Positions 60,795 through 64,000 of a DNA stretch of 64,000 nt are shown piece by piece (the stretch's first letter is position 1; the number at the start of each line of letters is the position of its first letter). The position numbers and the translations under genes are program-made. Source of the DNA: Candidatus Nanoarchaeia archaeon. GTDB taxonomy: Archaea; Nanobdellota; Nanobdellia; SCGC-AAA011-G17; JACPNG01. The DNA lies in assembly GCA_030745695.1 (NCBI GenBank), contig JASLOB010000001.1:936-64935 (forward strand). The letters run 5' to 3'. Below the pieces are notes generated by a model. The model was not told the DNA's origin. It saw nothing but the letters and a program-made list of their open reading frames with translations, and made no database searches.

Positions 60795-61169
60795 CTACTT
60801 CTTCCTTTTTCTTTTTAAATTCTCAGTTAATAATAAAATTTTGTTAGGATCTCTCTTAATCTCTTTTACAATATTGGCTGGTCCTACTACGGTTAAACCA
60901 GTTCTATCTCCAATTAAAAGACTAATTAAAAAAGTTTTTAGAAATTTATTTTTATTATTAGGATAGATTGTACATAATTCTATTCCTTTAAAATCTTTAC
61001 TCACACTCTCCATTGTTCTTTGAATTAAATCTGTTTCTTCGTTTGGTTTTAATCTTCCTTCCATTAAAACAATTTTATTTTCTTTAACTAAATTTAATAA
61101 CTTTCTAACTTTAGAATTAGAACTTAAAGACTCAATTTCATTGTATGGAACAAATTGTAATGTAAGCAT
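60795..61169 (-). CDS. oapB: OapB/DUF2073 protein
   Basis: EG.L.P.EE..LI..TM, F.GIE, GLTVVGPA. Confidence 0.9.
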   Translation of the reverse strand: MLTLQFVPYNEIESLSSNSKVRKLLNLVKENKIVLMEGRLKPNEETDLIQRTMESVSKDFKGIELCTIYPNNKNKFLKTFLISLLIGDRTGLTVVGPANIVKEIKRDPNKILLLTENLKRKRKK

Positions 61170-61802
61170 TTATTTCACCAACTTAAATAAAGATTCGTAA
61201 AACTCCTCAATATTTTGTCCTTTTTCAGCAGAAATACCCACAACCTCATACTGAGGAAAAGCATTTTCTACTTTTTTAATCTTTGCTTTTTTAAGATCTA
61301 TTTTATTTGCAATAACTAGAACAGGGATGTCTCTAGCGGCTAAATTTCCTATAATAGTTAAATTAACTTGCGAATAAGGATTCAAAGTAGAATCTAAAAC
61401 AACTAAAACAGCATCCATCCCATCTAACCATTTAATTGCTTCTATAACCCCTTTAGTAGCTTCTCTAGCTCTTTTTTTAGCTTCTTTTTGAGGCATTTTA
61501 TACTTTAAGAAATCTTCATAATCTATTTTTGTTGCTATTCCTGGAGTATCTATTAAATTAAATGTTAACTCTTTTCTTTTATGTTTAACTTTTATCTTTT
61601 CTTTAGTTTGTATAGCTCTAGTTTCATGTGGAACTTTAGAAGCTGGCCCCATCTCTTCTCCTAGCCAATCTTGACATATTTTATTAGCTAATGTAGTTTT
61701 ACCTGCATTTGGAGGCCCATAAATTCCCAATTTTAGGCTTCTCCTCTGCTGAAACATCCTTAAGAATATGTTACTTATAAAATCCCTCAATTTTATTATC
61801 AT
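61170..61802 (-). CDS. oapA: OapA Era-like GTPase
   Basis: GIYGPPNAGKTTLAN, PHETR, DTPG, NKID. Confidence 0.92.
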   Translation of the reverse strand: MIIKLRDFISNIFLRMFQQRRSLKLGIYGPPNAGKTTLANKICQDWLGEEMGPASKVPHETRAIQTKEKIKVKHKRKELTFNLIDTPGIATKIDYEDFLKYKMPQKEAKKRAREATKGVIEAIKWLDGMDAVLVVLDSTLNPYSQVNLTIIGNLAARDIPVLVIANKIDLKKAKIKKVENAFPQYEVVGISAEKGQNIEEFYESLFKLVK

Positions 61803-61905
61803 TATTATAAATTTAACAGTAGTTAATTAATAAGCTTTTTGGTGATTTTAAGTATTTGTTAAGATAAATAGTAAATTTTTAAAACATATGTAATTATAAT
61901 ATAAT

Positions 61906-63369
61906 ATGGAACTAAAAAAACCTCAATTAAAAAAAATAAGTAATACTGAATGGGAGATTCCTAAAAGTTTTAAGAAAGGAATGAATGTTCCTGCTAGAAT
62001 AATTGGGACTGAAGCAATAATTGATTCTATGGATCTAAGAGTTTATGAACAAATATCGAATGTTGCTACTCTTCCTGGAATTGTTAATTATTCATTTTGT
62101 ATGCCTGATGGTCATTCAGGATATGGATTTCCAATTGGAGGGGTAGCTGCTTTTGATCCAGAAGATAATGGAATTATTTCTCCTGGAGGAATAGGATTTG
62201 ATATTAATTGTGGTATGAGGTTAGTAAAAACTAATCTTACATACAAAGAAGTTAAACCTAAACTTAAAGAATTAGTTAATAATTTATTTGAAAAAATTCC
62301 AACTGGTGTAGGAAGAAAAGGTTTTGTTAAGTTAAATGAAAATAGTTTTAGGGATGTTGTTGAACAAGGAGTTAAATGGTGTGTAAACAATGAATATGGG
62401 TGGAAAAAAGATTTAGAGTTTATTGAAGAAAACGGTTGTATGAAAGGAGCAGACTCAACAAAAGTAAGTGATAAAGCAATTAAAAGAGGTTTTAGTCAGT
62501 TAGGAACATTAGGATCAGGAAATCATTATTTGGAGATTCAAAGAGTAAAAGAAAAAAACTTTTTTGATAAAGAAATAGCAAAAAAATTAGGTTTTTTTGA
62601 TGATCAAATTGTTATAATGTTTCATTGTGGCTCTAGAGGTTTTGGTCACCAAATAGGAACAGATTACTTACAAGAATTTCTTAAAGTGATGGAACCCAAA
62701 TATAAAATAAATATATTAGATAAAGAATTAGCATGTGCTCCTTTTAATAGTAAAGAAGGACAAGATTATTTTAAAGCAATGAAATGCGCTGTAAATATGG
62801 CTTTTGCAAATAGACAAGTTATCTTACATAGGATTAGAGAAGTTTTTAGTAAAATTTTTGGAAAGGATGCTGAAAATCTTGGATTAGATATGACTTATGA
62901 TGTTGCACATAATATTGCAAAATTAGAAAAATATAAAGTGAATGGTAAAATAAAAGAATTGTTAGTTCATAGAAAAGGTGCAACAAGATCATTTGGTCCG
63001 GGAATAGAGGGAATTCCTAAAGAACATAAAAAGATTGGACAAGTAGTGATTATAGGAGGGTCAATGGAAACTGGTTCTTATATATTAACTGGAACTGATA
63101 AAGCTATGGAAAAAACTTTTGGTTCAACAGCTCATGGGGCTGGTAGATTAATGTCTAGAACAAAAGCAAAAAAAATGTTTGTAGGAGAGAAACTACAAAA
63201 AGATTTAGAAGAAAAAGGAATTTATGTTAAAGGAGCTTCAATGAAAGGATTGGCTGAAGAAGCAGGAGATGCATACAAAGATATACATTCTATTTGTGAA
63301 ACTTTAGAATTAGCTGGAATTTCTAAAAGAATTGTTTCATTAGAGCCAATTGGAAATATTAAAGGTTAA
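61906..63369 (+). CDS. rtcB: RNA ligase RtcB
   Basis: MPDGH.GYGFPIGG, DINCG, GSGNH, HRKGAT, HGAGR. Confidence 0.97.
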   Translation: MELKKPQLKKISNTEWEIPKSFKKGMNVPARIIGTEAIIDSMDLRVYEQISNVATLPGIVNYSFCMPDGHSGYGFPIGGVAAFDPEDNGIISPGGIGFDINCGMRLVKTNLTYKEVKPKLKELVNNLFEKIPTGVGRKGFVKLNENSFRDVVEQGVKWCVNNEYGWKKDLEFIEENGCMKGADSTKVSDKAIKRGFSQLGTLGSGNHYLEIQRVKEKNFFDKEIAKKLGFFDDQIVIMFHCGSRGFGHQIGTDYLQEFLKVMEPKYKINILDKELACAPFNSKEGQDYFKAMKCAVNMAFANRQVILHRIREVFSKIFGKDAENLGLDMTYDVAHNIAKLEKYKVNGKIKELLVHRKGATRSFGPGIEGIPKEHKKIGQVVIIGGSMETGSYILTGTDKAMEKTFGSTAHGAGRLMSRTKAKKMFVGEKLQKDLEEKGIYVKGASMKGLAEEAGDAYKDIHSICETLELAGISKRIVSLEPIGNIKG

Positions 63370-63653
63370 ACTCCTAACATTGCTCTTAAATCTTCACTAG
63401 GTTCCCATAGTGGTTCAAATATAACTTCTACATTAACTTTTTTTACTCCATCTAGGTCAGATAATTTTTGTTTAGTATCTGCTAATAAAGCTGGACCATA
63501 AGGACATCCAGGAGAAGTAAATGTCATTAAAACATTAACACTATCTTCATCAATTTCTATATTATAAACTAATTCTAAAGTCCATATATCTATATGTAAT
63601 TCCGGATCCATTACTTTTTTTAATGCATCAACAACATCTGATTTCGAAACCAT
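63366..63653 (-). CDS. DUF59/SufT Fe-S assembly factor
   Basis: V.DPEL, MTFTSPGCP, P.W. Confidence 0.92.
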   Translation of the reverse strand: MVSKSDVVDALKKVMDPELHIDIWTLELVYNIEIDEDSVNVLMTFTSPGCPYGPALLADTKQKLSDLDGVKKVNVEVIFEPLWEPSEDLRAMLGV

Positions 63654-63703
63654 AAAAAAAATGTGAGATAAACTTATATAAACTTTATTATTTAATTAAA
63701 AAT

Positions 63704-64000
63704 ATGACTTACAAATTCATAGATAATGTAACAATGGCTGATGTAGCTTTTGAGGCTAAGAATAAAGATTTAAACAAATTATTTGAAGACTGTGGTTTAG
63801 CTACTTTTGATACCATGATCAATCTAAAAAAAGTTAAATCTAAAATAAAAAAAGAAATTAAATTACAAGCAGAAAATATTGAAGAATTATTATTTAAATT
63901 TTTAGATGAATTAATTTTTTTAAAAGATTCAGAATCTCTGGTTTTTAATAAATTTAAAGTAAAGATAGAAGAAGATAAAATCTTTAAACTAAATTGTGTA
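63704..64000 (+). CDS. archease (runs off the window end)
   Basis: MTYKFID...ADVAFEA...LF...ELL..FLDELIFL.D. Confidence 0.9.
   Translation, partial: MTYKFIDNVTMADVAFEAKNKDLNKLFEDCGLATFDTMINLKKVKSKIKKEIKLQAENIEELLFKFLDELIFLKDSESLVFNKFKVKIEEDKIFKLNCV

Noticed and set aside
61803..61905. Replication origin next to oapABC
   Set aside because: Short intergenic region; no ORB-like repeats and no cdc6 seen.
4857..62390. Many short antisense or nested ORFs in the track (e.g. 5886, 7943, 10002, 30429, 49819, 60501, 62112)
   Set aside because: Shadows of well-supported genes, with low-complexity Ser/Phe/Ile-rich translations.

Overview
AT-rich archaeal chromosome segment, most consistent with a DPANN (Woesearchaeota/Pacearchaeota-like) genome. 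The basis is split RNAP B''/B'/A'/A'', thermosome, proteasome beta, aCPSF1, an unlinked 23S gene and mostly leaderless TATA-driven genes. The window holds a nearly complete 23S rRNA with an 83-nt BHB-type intron in helix 91, RNase P RNA, and six tRNAs: Lys-UUU with three introns, Asp with a 28/29 intron, the rare Ile-UAU, Gly, Val and Glu. It also has rtcB/archease, the rpoH-to-rps7 cluster, oapABC and many other core genes. A mosaic region (6.9-14.9 kb) lies between the two halves of a broken purM and carries gene fragments joined at sharp junctions. The best candidate for an undescribed system is an 888-aa membrane protein (29.0-31.7 kb) combining Cys-rich repeats, an intact and apparently extracytoplasmic JAMM/JAB peptidase domain and a cytoplasmic winged-helix. 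Further candidates are a duplicated NTase-HEPN protein, a PEP-synthase homolog lacking its phospho-His domain, and a paralogous HEPN-like pair upstream of minD. All family calls are from motif recognition by eye; no searches were run.
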